Below are positions 37,758-46,390 of a DNA stretch of 64,000 nucleotides, piece by piece. The stretch lies in NCBI GenBank assembly GCA_044222185.1, contig JBGANV010000004.1, positions 32,001 to 96,000 of the forward strand. The letters run 5' to 3'. This stretch comes from Planctomycetota bacterium. Its GTDB lineage: Bacteria; Planctomycetota; GCA-002687715; CAIWVZ01. Below the pieces are notes generated by a model that was not told the origin of the DNA, did not search any database, and saw only the letters and a list, made by a program, of their open reading frames with translations. Made by a program: the position numbers and the translations under genes. Every line of letters begins with the position of its first letter. The stretch's first letter is position 1.

Positions 37758-39799
37758 GTGCGAGCTCCGACAGGCACCGTCGCCGGCACGAGCGTGCGGC
37801 GCAGCTCGCGCGCGAACATGGTCCGCGTGAACTTGCCGAGACCCGACGGATGCTCGCCGAACGTGTCGAGCCGCGTCTCGAGCAGCTTGCGGCGCTCCGG
37901 TTCGACGCGCGCGTCGAACACGTGCGGCGTCTCGAACCGGTAGCTCGAGAGCGGGCGCCGCGCGCCGTCCTTGAACCAGGCTTCGACGTCGAACGGCGTC
38001 GTCCACTCGCGCGTATCCGCGAGCGCCGGCCGGAACGGAGCGTGGAGGAGGATCACGCGAAGGTAGTCCGTCACCGCGTCGAGTTCTTCCTTCGTGGCGG
38101 CGATGTTGTGCGATCCGACGACGTCCTCGACGACGTGTTCGAGGAACGTGCACGCGTCCTGGGTCACGAAGAACCGCCCGATCATCGAGTATTTGCTGAG
38201 GAGGTTGCCGCCGAGCGTTCCGTCGACGAGCCCGGCGAAGTTCTTCCGCGCCCAATCGAGGCACGCCTCGCGCGTCATGAACAGCTCGTCCTGGCTCTCG
38301 CGGACGAAGTCGGCGATCACCTGGCGGAAGGCCGCGGGCGCGCGGTCGAGCATCTCCTGCATGCGGATCACGACGTCGAACGGTTTCACGCCGCCCTGCT
38401 CGGCGATGGCGAACGCCTCGTCGAAGTTGCCCTCGTAGTAGTAGATCGTGAGCAGGAGGTGGAAGATGCGCGTCGCGATGTAGTCGTCGAAGCTGAACTG
38501 CGGCGTCTCGACGACCATCTCCTCCGTCTCGACGACGGGTTCGCCGAGCCCGTACTCGCCGATGTTGCGGGCGACGATGCGGAACCGCGTCTTGAACCCG
38601 AATCGCTCGCGGCTCTCCGGATTGCTCAGTTCGGCGCCGTGGAGGAGCATCAGCTGGTGGGCCGAGATGCGCTTGGCGCCCGCGTCCATGAGGTCGCGGA
38701 CGGCCTTCAGGAACGTGGCCTTCGACTCGCCGGGCAGGCAGAGGATGAGCTCGCCGTAAGACTGCATGCCCTGCTCGCGCAGCTCTTCCTGGATGCGGGC
38801 GTAGGTTTCGAGCTTCACGTTCGAGCGCTTGATGTTCTTCAGCACCTCCGGGTTCATGGATTGAACCGCGGCGGTCATGGGCAGGGCGCCCTTGATCTTC
38901 CGCATGACGCGGATGATGCGCTCCGAGTTGTTCTTGCCCGTCGTCGTGCGGATGTACTTGGGCCAGCCGCGCGTCTCCTGGAGCCAGCCGAGGAAGTCGG
39001 CGATCTCCTCGTCGCGCTGATACATGCCGAAGTTGTCGTCCGCGAGGCAGAGCGTGATCTCGGGCCGGATGCGATCGGCGATGTAGAGGAGGTCGCGCTT
39101 CACGTTCTCGATCGAGTGCGCGTTGATGCGGCTGTTCGACTCCACGCCCGAGTTGCAGAACGTGCAGCTGAACGGGCAGCCGCGCGCGATCTGCATCATG
39201 GGGAAGTAGCCCGTCTGGAAGAACGGGTCCATCCAACCGTTCAGGTACGGCGAGGGGATCTCGTCCAGGTCCTGGATGCGGGGGACTTCGGGGCCCGTCA
39301 CGAACCGGTCGTGGGTCGCGTCGATCCAATGGACTCCGGGGATCGGCGAGGCGAGCGTCTGCCGCTTGTCGCCGCCCGTGTCCACGTGGCGCTGGACCAG
39401 ATTCAGGAACGCGCGTTCACCCTCGTAGGTCGGGCCGTTCACGAACGCGTCGATCTCCGCGTTATCGCGCAGGAACTTCTCCTGCTCGATCGGCGTGAGA
39501 GGGAAGTTGGGGCCGCCCATCACGCACAACGTCTCGGGGTGTCGCCGGCGAACGTACCGCGCGAACGTGCACGCGAGGTTGTGGTTCCAGGAGTAGTTGC
39601 TGAGTCCCAGGATGTGCGGGGGCGCGAGTTCGATGGCGGCCTTCAGATCCTCGGGCTCGCGGAAGATGCGGATGGTCGGCATCTCCTGCGCCCGGAGGAA
39701 GGCGAGCGTGTACGTACCGAGGTTCGCGACGCCGAGCGGGTAGACGTCGGAACTGCGCGTCAGTTGGTTGTGACCGAGGTCGGCGAGATAGATGCGCAT
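37754..39799 (-). CDS. Cobalamin-binding radical SAM protein (class B-like)
   Basis: N-terminal B12 domain (YPLG...GLSNYSWN...GGPN...EGE); IPSPY; RGCPFSCTFC; ADDNFG; LPGES. Confidence 0.92.
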   Translation of the reverse strand: MRIYLADLGHNQLTRSSDVYPLGVANLGTYTLAFLRAQEMPTIRIFREPEDLKAAIELAPPHILGLSNYSWNHNLACTFARYVRRRHPETLCVMGGPNFPLTPIEQEKFLRDNAEIDAFVNGPTYEGERAFLNLVQRHVDTGGDKRQTLASPIPGVHWIDATHDRFVTGPEVPRIQDLDEIPSPYLNGWMDPFFQTGYFPMMQIARGCPFSCTFCNSGVESNSRINAHSIENVKRDLLYIADRIRPEITLCLADDNFGMYQRDEEIADFLGWLQETRGWPKYIRTTTGKNNSERIIRVMRKIKGALPMTAAVQSMNPEVLKNIKRSNVKLETYARIQEELREQGMQSYGELILCLPGESKATFLKAVRDLMDAGAKRISAHQLMLLHGAELSNPESRERFGFKTRFRIVARNIGEYGLGEPVVETEEMVVETPQFSFDDYIATRIFHLLLTIYYYEGNFDEAFAIAEQGGVKPFDVVIRMQEMLDRAPAAFRQVIADFVRESQDELFMTREACLDWARKNFAGLVDGTLGGNLLSKYSMIGRFFVTQDACTFLEHVVEDVVGSHNIAATKEELDAVTDYLRVILLHAPFRPALADTREWTTPFDVEAWFKDGARRPLSSYRFETPHVFDARVEPERRKLLETRLDTFGEHPSGLGKFTRTMFARELRRTLVPATVPVGART

Positions 39800-40055
39800 G
39801 CCAGGCCCCGTCGGGGACGTGAAGAACGAATGCGGCCGTCGAGGGGCCGAAAAGCTTACCATCAGGCTCCCTTGACCAGGGGAGGCTCGAACCCGTCGCT
39901 GCCCCCGTCCGATCTCGGACCGTCGCCTGACCGTGGTCTCTTCGTGCGACCGGGGTTGCGATCTTGAATGGCGGCGTCCATTCGGGGGCGGGTCGCGGGC
40001 GCCGATCCCGGTAGACTCCGCGACCATGGTGCTCAGTCAACGCGGCTTCGGCGGG

Positions 40056-42638
40056 ATGGCGGCGCGAATTCTCCTCTCTTTCGTCGGGCTCGTCGCCGTG
40101 GTGCTCGCCCAGGACGCGCCCGCCACGCGTCGCACGTCCAAGCCGGACTTCGCAGAAGCTTCACTCAGGCGTCGCTTCGACGAGCTGCGGCCGGCCATCG
40201 AGGCCGAGATCGGGCGGCCCTTCGGCGAGCCGGTCACCATCTCCGCGGGCTCGACACGGGAACTGGCCGAGGTGTTGTTCGAGGAACACGTGGCCGTGAT
40301 GGCGGCGCTGCCTCCGGACGTCTCGGCACGGGAGGGCTTCCTCGATTCACTCCGCGAGACCGCCTTCGAGGTGGCGCCGAGCATTCTCGGCAAGGTCGAC
40401 ATGCTCCAGGGCGCGGTACACATCATCCCGGAGCACTTCCGCTCGGTCGTCTACGAGCACGGGCAGCGCGATCTCTACTCCCAGGACGTGGTGGACGTGG
40501 TCCTCATCCACGAGGCCATCCACGTGCATCAGTTTCGGCACCTCGGTTTGAACCGGATGCTCGGACGTCCTGCCGGCGACGAGGAGGAGAAGGCCCGCAT
40601 GGCGGTGATCGAAGGTCACGCCGAATCGGTCACGCGCCGGGTCGCGAGCAAGCTCGGATTGTTGCCTGCGTTCACTCGCATGCAGACGGCGCTGTCGGAC
40701 GTACCTCGCGTGATGCGCGAGACGCAGAAGGCCGCGGAGGCGCGGGAAGACGCGGAGCGGCTGGTGTTCGCCTACGTCGAGGGCGAGAAGTTCGTCGAAT
40801 CCGTCATCGAGGCACTCGGCGTCGCGAAGGCGACCGAACGGCTCTTCGCCACACCTCCGCTCACATGCGAGTTGATCCGGTCTCCGAAGTCCTACCTGGA
40901 CTCCGCAGGTTCATCGGGCGCGGTCTCCCAAGCGACCTCAACGGGAACACGTCCCGGTCGCGACGCCACCGTGCGGCTCGTCTACTCTGACGGCGGATCC
41001 GCGCCGGCCGCGTTCCGCGCAACCGTGTGGTTCGGCGGTCCGGAGTTCGGCGGTCGGCGATTCGACGGAACGGATGGGACCTTCGTCGTTCCCGGAGGCG
41101 CGGGTACGGACGTGCGCCTCGGACGCCTCGTCATCGACGGTGAGTTCATCGACGACGTGCTCGGCAATCACGTCCACATCTCGGATTCGGAGCCGACGAC
41201 CATCACGATCGAGCGCCCGCATCAGATCGGGTTGAAGGTCGTCGACGAGGCGACGGGAGCCGTACTGGCGGACGCGCGCGCCCGTCGGTACGGCGGCGAC
41301 ATGGTCACGTCACGCGAAATCGCCGTGGCGCCACCGCTCGAGGGCGACCTGTCGGGGCCGCTCGTCGTTCCAGGGCCCGACCGCGTGCTTCGTGTTCGTC
41401 GCACGGGTCAGCCGGTGATCGTCGGGGCGCCGGGGCACGTCTGGACCGCGATCCAGGTCGGGAACACGGACGAAATCCAGACCGTGGCGTTGCCCGCAGC
41501 CGGCAGCATGCGCGTGCGCGTCGCGAACTGGGCCGAATTGGACGGGGCCGTCATCCTCGTGCAGCGGGTCGACGTCGATCGCGGCACGTTCGGGTTCAGT
41601 CGTCCCTACCGTTGCGAAGAGCCGGCGCTCTCGGGCGACCTCACGTTGAGCGGGCTGCTTCCGGGGCTCTACGGCGTGACCGTGCGTCGCGGCGACGAGA
41701 CGACGCGCGGAGCCGTATTCGGCACCGCGACGGCGCAGGTGGTGGCGGGGTCGACCGCCGAGGTTTCCGTCAGCGTTCCCAAGCCGCCGTCGCGAGTGAC
41801 GGTGGCAGGGCTCGTCACGGTGCCCACCGCCTGGGGCGAGGAACTCGACCTCAGCATTCACCTCGTGGGCCTGGACGTGTTCAATTCTGGGATCGTCCGA
41901 GCGTTCGATGGAGAGGTCGACGCGGATCGGCGCACGGCTCCGTTTCGCTTCGACGACGTACCGGCCGGAAGATGGGGCGTCTTCATCGAGGAGATCCAGT
42001 GGATGTCCGAGATCGACGTCAACGCTACGAACGAGGCGCTCGCGCTCGCCGTTCCCGAACCCGTCGAGGTCACCGTGCGGGTGGTCGACGGGACGTCGGG
42101 GAAACGGATCGACGGCGCGACAGGGCGGTGGTTCGCTGTCGTCGAGCACGACGGGCGCTGGATCCGGGTTTCGGATCTGGGCGTCGGCCTGTTCCCGCGC
42201 GAGTTCGAGGAGGAGAGCGAGCGAGGGGAGTTCCGCTTTCTCGCCGCACCCGGGTGGATTCGCGTCGAAGCCGAAGCGGAGGATTACCTCACGTCGGACA
42301 TCGACGTGATGCCGGTCCATGGGACCAAGATCTCGGAGAAGCTGCCGCTTCCCCGGACGGGCAGCGTGGTGGTGACGCTGCGCGCCGGCGAATCGTCCTA
42401 CGAGGGCAGCGCCATCGTCTTCCTGCGGCGCGAGGACGACGTGGGATCCGACCTGATCCCCGAGCCGGATGCCACGACGATTCACCAGTTCGAGCACGTG
42501 CCCGCGGGTCGATGGAAGGTGATCGTCGATCCCATCCCGGGCTTCGGCCGTATCCGCCCCCGCTTGATCGACGTGACTTTCGGTCACGAGACCGAGGTCG
42601 TGATCGACCTCGATCGCGCACCCGAGTCGCGGAAGTAG
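40056..42638 (+). CDS. Secreted zincin-like protein (HEXXH...E) fused to carboxypeptidase-regulatory-like beta-sandwich repeats
   Basis: Signal peptide; HEAIHVHQ...IEGHAE...YVEGEKFV; repeats such as VVDEATG, FDDVPAGRW and FEHVPAGRW. Confidence 0.75.
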   Translation: MAARILLSFVGLVAVVLAQDAPATRRTSKPDFAEASLRRRFDELRPAIEAEIGRPFGEPVTISAGSTRELAEVLFEEHVAVMAALPPDVSAREGFLDSLRETAFEVAPSILGKVDMLQGAVHIIPEHFRSVVYEHGQRDLYSQDVVDVVLIHEAIHVHQFRHLGLNRMLGRPAGDEEEKARMAVIEGHAESVTRRVASKLGLLPAFTRMQTALSDVPRVMRETQKAAEAREDAERLVFAYVEGEKFVESVIEALGVAKATERLFATPPLTCELIRSPKSYLDSAGSSGAVSQATSTGTRPGRDATVRLVYSDGGSAPAAFRATVWFGGPEFGGRRFDGTDGTFVVPGGAGTDVRLGRLVIDGEFIDDVLGNHVHISDSEPTTITIERPHQIGLKVVDEATGAVLADARARRYGGDMVTSREIAVAPPLEGDLSGPLVVPGPDRVLRVRRTGQPVIVGAPGHVWTAIQVGNTDEIQTVALPAAGSMRVRVANWAELDGAVILVQRVDVDRGTFGFSRPYRCEEPALSGDLTLSGLLPGLYGVTVRRGDETTRGAVFGTATAQVVAGSTAEVSVSVPKPPSRVTVAGLVTVPTAWGEELDLSIHLVGLDVFNSGIVRAFDGEVDADRRTAPFRFDDVPAGRWGVFIEEIQWMSEIDVNATNEALALAVPEPVEVTVRVVDGTSGKRIDGATGRWFAVVEHDGRWIRVSDLGVGLFPREFEEESERGEFRFLAAPGWIRVEAEAEDYLTSDIDVMPVHGTKISEKLPLPRTGSVVVTLRAGESSYEGSAIVFLRREDDVGSDLIPEPDATTIHQFEHVPAGRWKVIVDPIPGFGRIRPRLIDVTFGHETEVVIDLDRAPESRK

Positions 42639-42785
42639 CTGGCACATCCGCCGCGGCGGAGCGCCGCTCGCATCGAGCACACGAGCTACGCGAGCGGAGG
42701 ACCACCGGCCCGGGGGGGCGTTGCGCGACGGGCTCTCGGGGATTGAACGGGCGTCAGTGATCGCGCACGCGGGCGCAAGCCACGC

Positions 42786-42826
42786 CCGTCGGCCCGCGCG
42801 AGACGCGCGCGGATCCTGCCGGTCCC
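42786..42826 (+). repeat. 41-bp dispersed intergenic repeat, copy 2
   Basis: ccgtcggcccgcgcgagacgcgcgcggatcctgccggtccc; 38/41 identical to 20261-20301. Confidence 0.75.
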
Positions 42827-42927
42827 CGCCGGGACGGCGGAGGACGCGTCGCTCCTCCGCATCTCCCACAGAGTGCGAATTGCCGGGCACCCCGCCCTCG
42901 CGCACACTCGGCACGCGAGGGTCATGC

Positions 42928-43683
42928 ATGCTCGACGACACCCTTCCCTACGAACTCCTCACACTCGTCGGATCCGTCGCGCTGTTCGACACGTGGGAAC
43001 GGCGACGGCCCGCGCGGCTCATCGACAAGCGCCGCGATCTTTCGCTCGACGTCGTCGCGCTTCTCGTGGTCGCCGTCGCGGGGACGCTCGTGAAGGTGCT
43101 CATCCGTCAGGGCTTCGACGCGACCGGCCTCCACGCCGGCTTCACGAAGCTCGGCATCCTCGCTGGCGCGGCGTCGTTCGCCCGGATTGCCGCGGGGATC
43201 ATCGCCGCCGATTTCGCGCTCTATTGGCTCCACCGTTGGATGCACGACGTCCCGCTCCTGTGGAAGAGCCATCGCTTCCACCACACGATCCGCGACCTCT
43301 ACTGGCTGTCGGGCGCGCGAACGAGCGTGACGCACCTCTTCCTGTTCGCGATCCCGCAAGTCCTCATCGCGCGTGAGATCCTCGCGCTCAGTCCCGTCGA
43401 GTCCGCCATCGCATTCGGCATCGGCGTCGTCGTGAACATCTGGGTGCACACGAACCTGAACGTGGATCTGGGCCCGCTCCAGTGGCTGATCATCACGCCC
43501 GCGTTCCACCGCGTGCACCACGGCCGCGACTTCATGCCGTCGCGGAACATCGGGTTCATGCTCACGATCTGGGACCGCGCGTTCGGGACCTACCTCGATC
43601 CGCGCTCCGTGCCCGACGACTACCCCCTCGGTCTATCTCCGAAGGACGAAGTCCCCCTTCCCAGGATGGTCGCGGGCGTGTGA
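42928..43683 (+). CDS. Sterol desaturase/fatty-acid hydroxylase family membrane di-iron enzyme
   Basis: His boxes YWLHRWMH, HRFHH, WVH and HRVHH; NIG..LTIWDRAFGT. Confidence 0.92.
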   Translation: MLDDTLPYELLTLVGSVALFDTWERRRPARLIDKRRDLSLDVVALLVVAVAGTLVKVLIRQGFDATGLHAGFTKLGILAGAASFARIAAGIIAADFALYWLHRWMHDVPLLWKSHRFHHTIRDLYWLSGARTSVTHLFLFAIPQVLIAREILALSPVESAIAFGIGVVVNIWVHTNLNVDLGPLQWLIITPAFHRVHHGRDFMPSRNIGFMLTIWDRAFGTYLDPRSVPDDYPLGLSPKDEVPLPRMVAGV

Positions 43684-43708
43684 GCGAAAGCCGCGCCTGG
43701 AGTGGCCG

Positions 43709-46294
43709 TCACTCCTTCAAATTTGCCGCGGCCCGGTCGATGGCGACCTGGGGAACCTGGATCTCGAACACCTGGACGCCGCTGGCGTCGCGCACCTCGA
43801 TCCGTTGATCCAGTGAGATTCCAGCGTCGCTCGTTCCGTTGGCGACCTTTCGGACGACACGCACCTGGACGCGATGCGGACCCGGCGCACCGACGGCGAT
43901 GACGCAGCTCCGCGTCGCGTCGAACGAATTCGACTCGCTGCGATTCCCTCCGGCCTCCACTGGCATGAGACGCGCCGCCAGCTCGAGCGGCGGAGCCGGC
44001 AGCTGCACGTCGTTCGAAAGGACGAGCTTCACCTGAAGCGCCGGGGCCATCGTCACCTCGAGATCGTTCACGACGCCCCGGATCGTCTGCGTTCGAAACC
44101 GCGGTCCGTACACGGTGACGTCCACGCCGCTCGCCGCCACCACGACGCCCGCGCGTGCGTCCGCCGCATTGGCCGAGACCGCCGACCTCGCGTCGGGCTG
44201 AGACAGAACCACCGTGGCATCCTCCACCGGGCGCATTGCCTCGTCCACCACGGAGACCTTCAGCGCGCGCACGCGGTTCGTCAGATCGATCCCCTGCAGC
44301 CGGGGATCGCGCGTCACCTCACCCGGCTTGATCTCGACGTCCGGGATGCTGACGAATGCGTTGCTCGGTTCCCGCCCGGTGCAACTGAACGTTCCGACGC
44401 CCGGCGGGAGATTGGTGATGCGGAACGTGCCGGTGGGGTCCAGGGGAACGCTGTGCCCCGTCATCGCGACCCCGCCCGCACCGCCGCGCGATGTGATTCG
44501 GAGGAACGCGTGAATCGAGCGTCCCGGTAGGTTGGGCGGCAGCCGGACCGAACCCTCGATGACGCCGGCTCGCGGGACCACGACCTGCACACCGGTCTGG
44601 CCCGGAGTGAACTCGACGCGGGTCGGCAGGAGGGCGTCGGAGGCATTCACGGCAATCGCCATCTTTTCACCGCGGAGTCGCGAGCGGACCTCGAAATTGC
44701 CGTCCCGATCGGACGCGTAACGATCCGGTACGGTCCGCATGGACGGCCTTCTTCCCGACGCCCGTTCCGCTTCCGACGGGAGCGTCTCGGTCTCAAGCAT
44801 GAACGGTACGCTCGGAAGACCTCGTCCCAGATCGTCGACGATCCGGCCAGAGACGAGCACCGGCAGCACGCCCAGCCTCACGTCACCGATGTCCGTGTCG
44901 CCCTGTGCAGAAAGTGCCGGGACCTCGGCCGTCTCCCTCGGGGTTCCGCCGCCTTGCTCCGCCATGACGTGGAAGAGGATCTTCACGCCGGGATCCGTCG
45001 CGCCCGTCAGTTGCACGCGGAAGCGCCCCGCCGCGTCCGTCCGAGCTTCCTCGCCGATGCGAGTCGTGGAATTGCCTTGGGCGTACTCGACCTGGACGGG
45101 AACGGAGGCCGACGCCAGCGGAGTCCCATCCGCCTCGACGATCCGTCCGACGATCGCGGGGAACGTCTCGGTCACGCGAACGCGAACCGCGCGTGCTTCG
45201 CCGACTCCGGTGAGCGCGGGCAGGTGCATCCGCACGGGCTTGTGCGTCGTCGATACCACCGTGAGGTCGAAATCGGTGCCGGTACCCACGCGATCCATGC
45301 CACCGCGCCCGCGCGCGATCGCCCCGTGAAACTCCGCGCCTCGACCGAACATCGCGTCGGGCGACGGCTCGCCGGGCGGTTTCAGTGCGACCATGAACGT
45401 GCCTTCGAGGTCGAGATGGGCATCCTGCGCGTCCACCGTTTCGATCTGCAGGGAGCCGAACGGCGGGAGGACGAGTCGCACGGGCTCCTTCGGGAGCGCG
45501 TTCGCCGCGTGCGTGACGGACGCCGTCGATGGCACGGGGAAATCCGGGGAGAACACGCACTCGGTCGCCTCCGCCCGCCCCAAGGCCAGGCGCGACCGGA
45601 GGTGGCGGAACACGGTCGTCCCCGTCTCCGCCGCCGTGGTCCCGCGTCCGATCGGCGCGAACCCGATCGCGGGGAGCCCTTGCACGATGACGTCGACGTT
45701 CGCCTGGGGGGTCCCGGCGGCATCGACCACCTGCACCGCCACGTCCGCGTCCGCGTTCAACGTCAGGCGGACCGTGTCGCGACCGGTGAGCGGGACGATA
45801 CCGACGAGCGTTCCGCTGCGCGCCGTCGCCGCGCCCGTGCGCCGCGTCTTCGGAACCCGCGCCACGCCGAGTGCGTCCGTGCGGAATCGCCTGCCGTGGG
45901 CGCGGATCAGCGACTCCGGGTCCTCGGGGGCATTTCGCAGAGTGCGGAGCACCTGCGGCTCGAGGCTCGAGTCGAATGCGACGTACCACACGTCGATGCC
46001 GGCGACCGGTCGATTGGTTCCACCGTCGATCACCGCGACACGGACGCCGTCCTCCGGACCCACCTCGACCGGACGGGTGTCCAGTGTCGCCTCGGGGCTC
46101 GCATCGAACGGAGTCGCGACGACGCGGCCGTCGGGCGTCCCGCCACCCTCTGGCTTCAGTGATGGCTCCTCGTTCGGAGCTTCGCCACGAGGGCGCACGG
46201 TGGGCGCGGGCGCGTCCTGGCTCATCACGAACCAGATCCCCAATCCGACGGCGACGAGAGCGAACAGCACCGCGAACAGTCGGCCCAGGCTCAT
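43709..46294 (-). CDS. Membrane-anchored protein with carboxypeptidase-regulatory-like (beta-sandwich) repeats
   Basis: N-terminal TM anchor, Pro-rich linker, then repeated 'G(R)(I/V)VD..G.P' and 'TD..G.F' motifs. Confidence 0.8.
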   Translation of the reverse strand: MSLGRLFAVLFALVAVGLGIWFVMSQDAPAPTVRPRGEAPNEEPSLKPEGGGTPDGRVVATPFDASPEATLDTRPVEVGPEDGVRVAVIDGGTNRPVAGIDVWYVAFDSSLEPQVLRTLRNAPEDPESLIRAHGRRFRTDALGVARVPKTRRTGAATARSGTLVGIVPLTGRDTVRLTLNADADVAVQVVDAAGTPQANVDVIVQGLPAIGFAPIGRGTTAAETGTTVFRHLRSRLALGRAEATECVFSPDFPVPSTASVTHAANALPKEPVRLVLPPFGSLQIETVDAQDAHLDLEGTFMVALKPPGEPSPDAMFGRGAEFHGAIARGRGGMDRVGTGTDFDLTVVSTTHKPVRMHLPALTGVGEARAVRVRVTETFPAIVGRIVEADGTPLASASVPVQVEYAQGNSTTRIGEEARTDAAGRFRVQLTGATDPGVKILFHVMAEQGGGTPRETAEVPALSAQGDTDIGDVRLGVLPVLVSGRIVDDLGRGLPSVPFMLETETLPSEAERASGRRPSMRTVPDRYASDRDGNFEVRSRLRGEKMAIAVNASDALLPTRVEFTPGQTGVQVVVPRAGVIEGSVRLPPNLPGRSIHAFLRITSRGGAGGVAMTGHSVPLDPTGTFRITNLPPGVGTFSCTGREPSNAFVSIPDVEIKPGEVTRDPRLQGIDLTNRVRALKVSVVDEAMRPVEDATVVLSQPDARSAVSANAADARAGVVVAASGVDVTVYGPRFRTQTIRGVVNDLEVTMAPALQVKLVLSNDVQLPAPPLELAARLMPVEAGGNRSESNSFDATRSCVIAVGAPGPHRVQVRVVRKVANGTSDAGISLDQRIEVRDASGVQVFEIQVPQVAIDRAAANLKE

Positions 46295-46348
46295 CAACGC
46301 GTCGTCCTTTCCGCGGCTCCGCGGCACGTGCTCCGGAGCGCGGCGAGG

Positions 46349-46354
46349 ATCATA
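46349..46354 (-). promoter_or_regulatory. Putative sigma70 -10 (TATGAT)
   Basis: Hexamer about 55 bp upstream of ATG 46294. Confidence 0.35.
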
Positions 46355-46390
46355 CGCCGCGCCCGGGCGGGCGACGATCGGCTCTCGGGA

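Noticed and set aside
39870-39900. GGGTTCGAGCC on the minus strand resembling a tRNA T-loop
   Set aside because: No pairing T-stem, acceptor stem or cloverleaf could be built.
34000-40000. Very long alternative-frame and antisense ORFs (e.g. 33664..36219, 36942..39329 extension, 37850..39967; similarly 11426..13702, 12112..14232, 55079..57250)
   Set aside because: Arg/Ala/Gly-rich, motif-free shadows of real genes, expected from stop-codon scarcity at this GC content.
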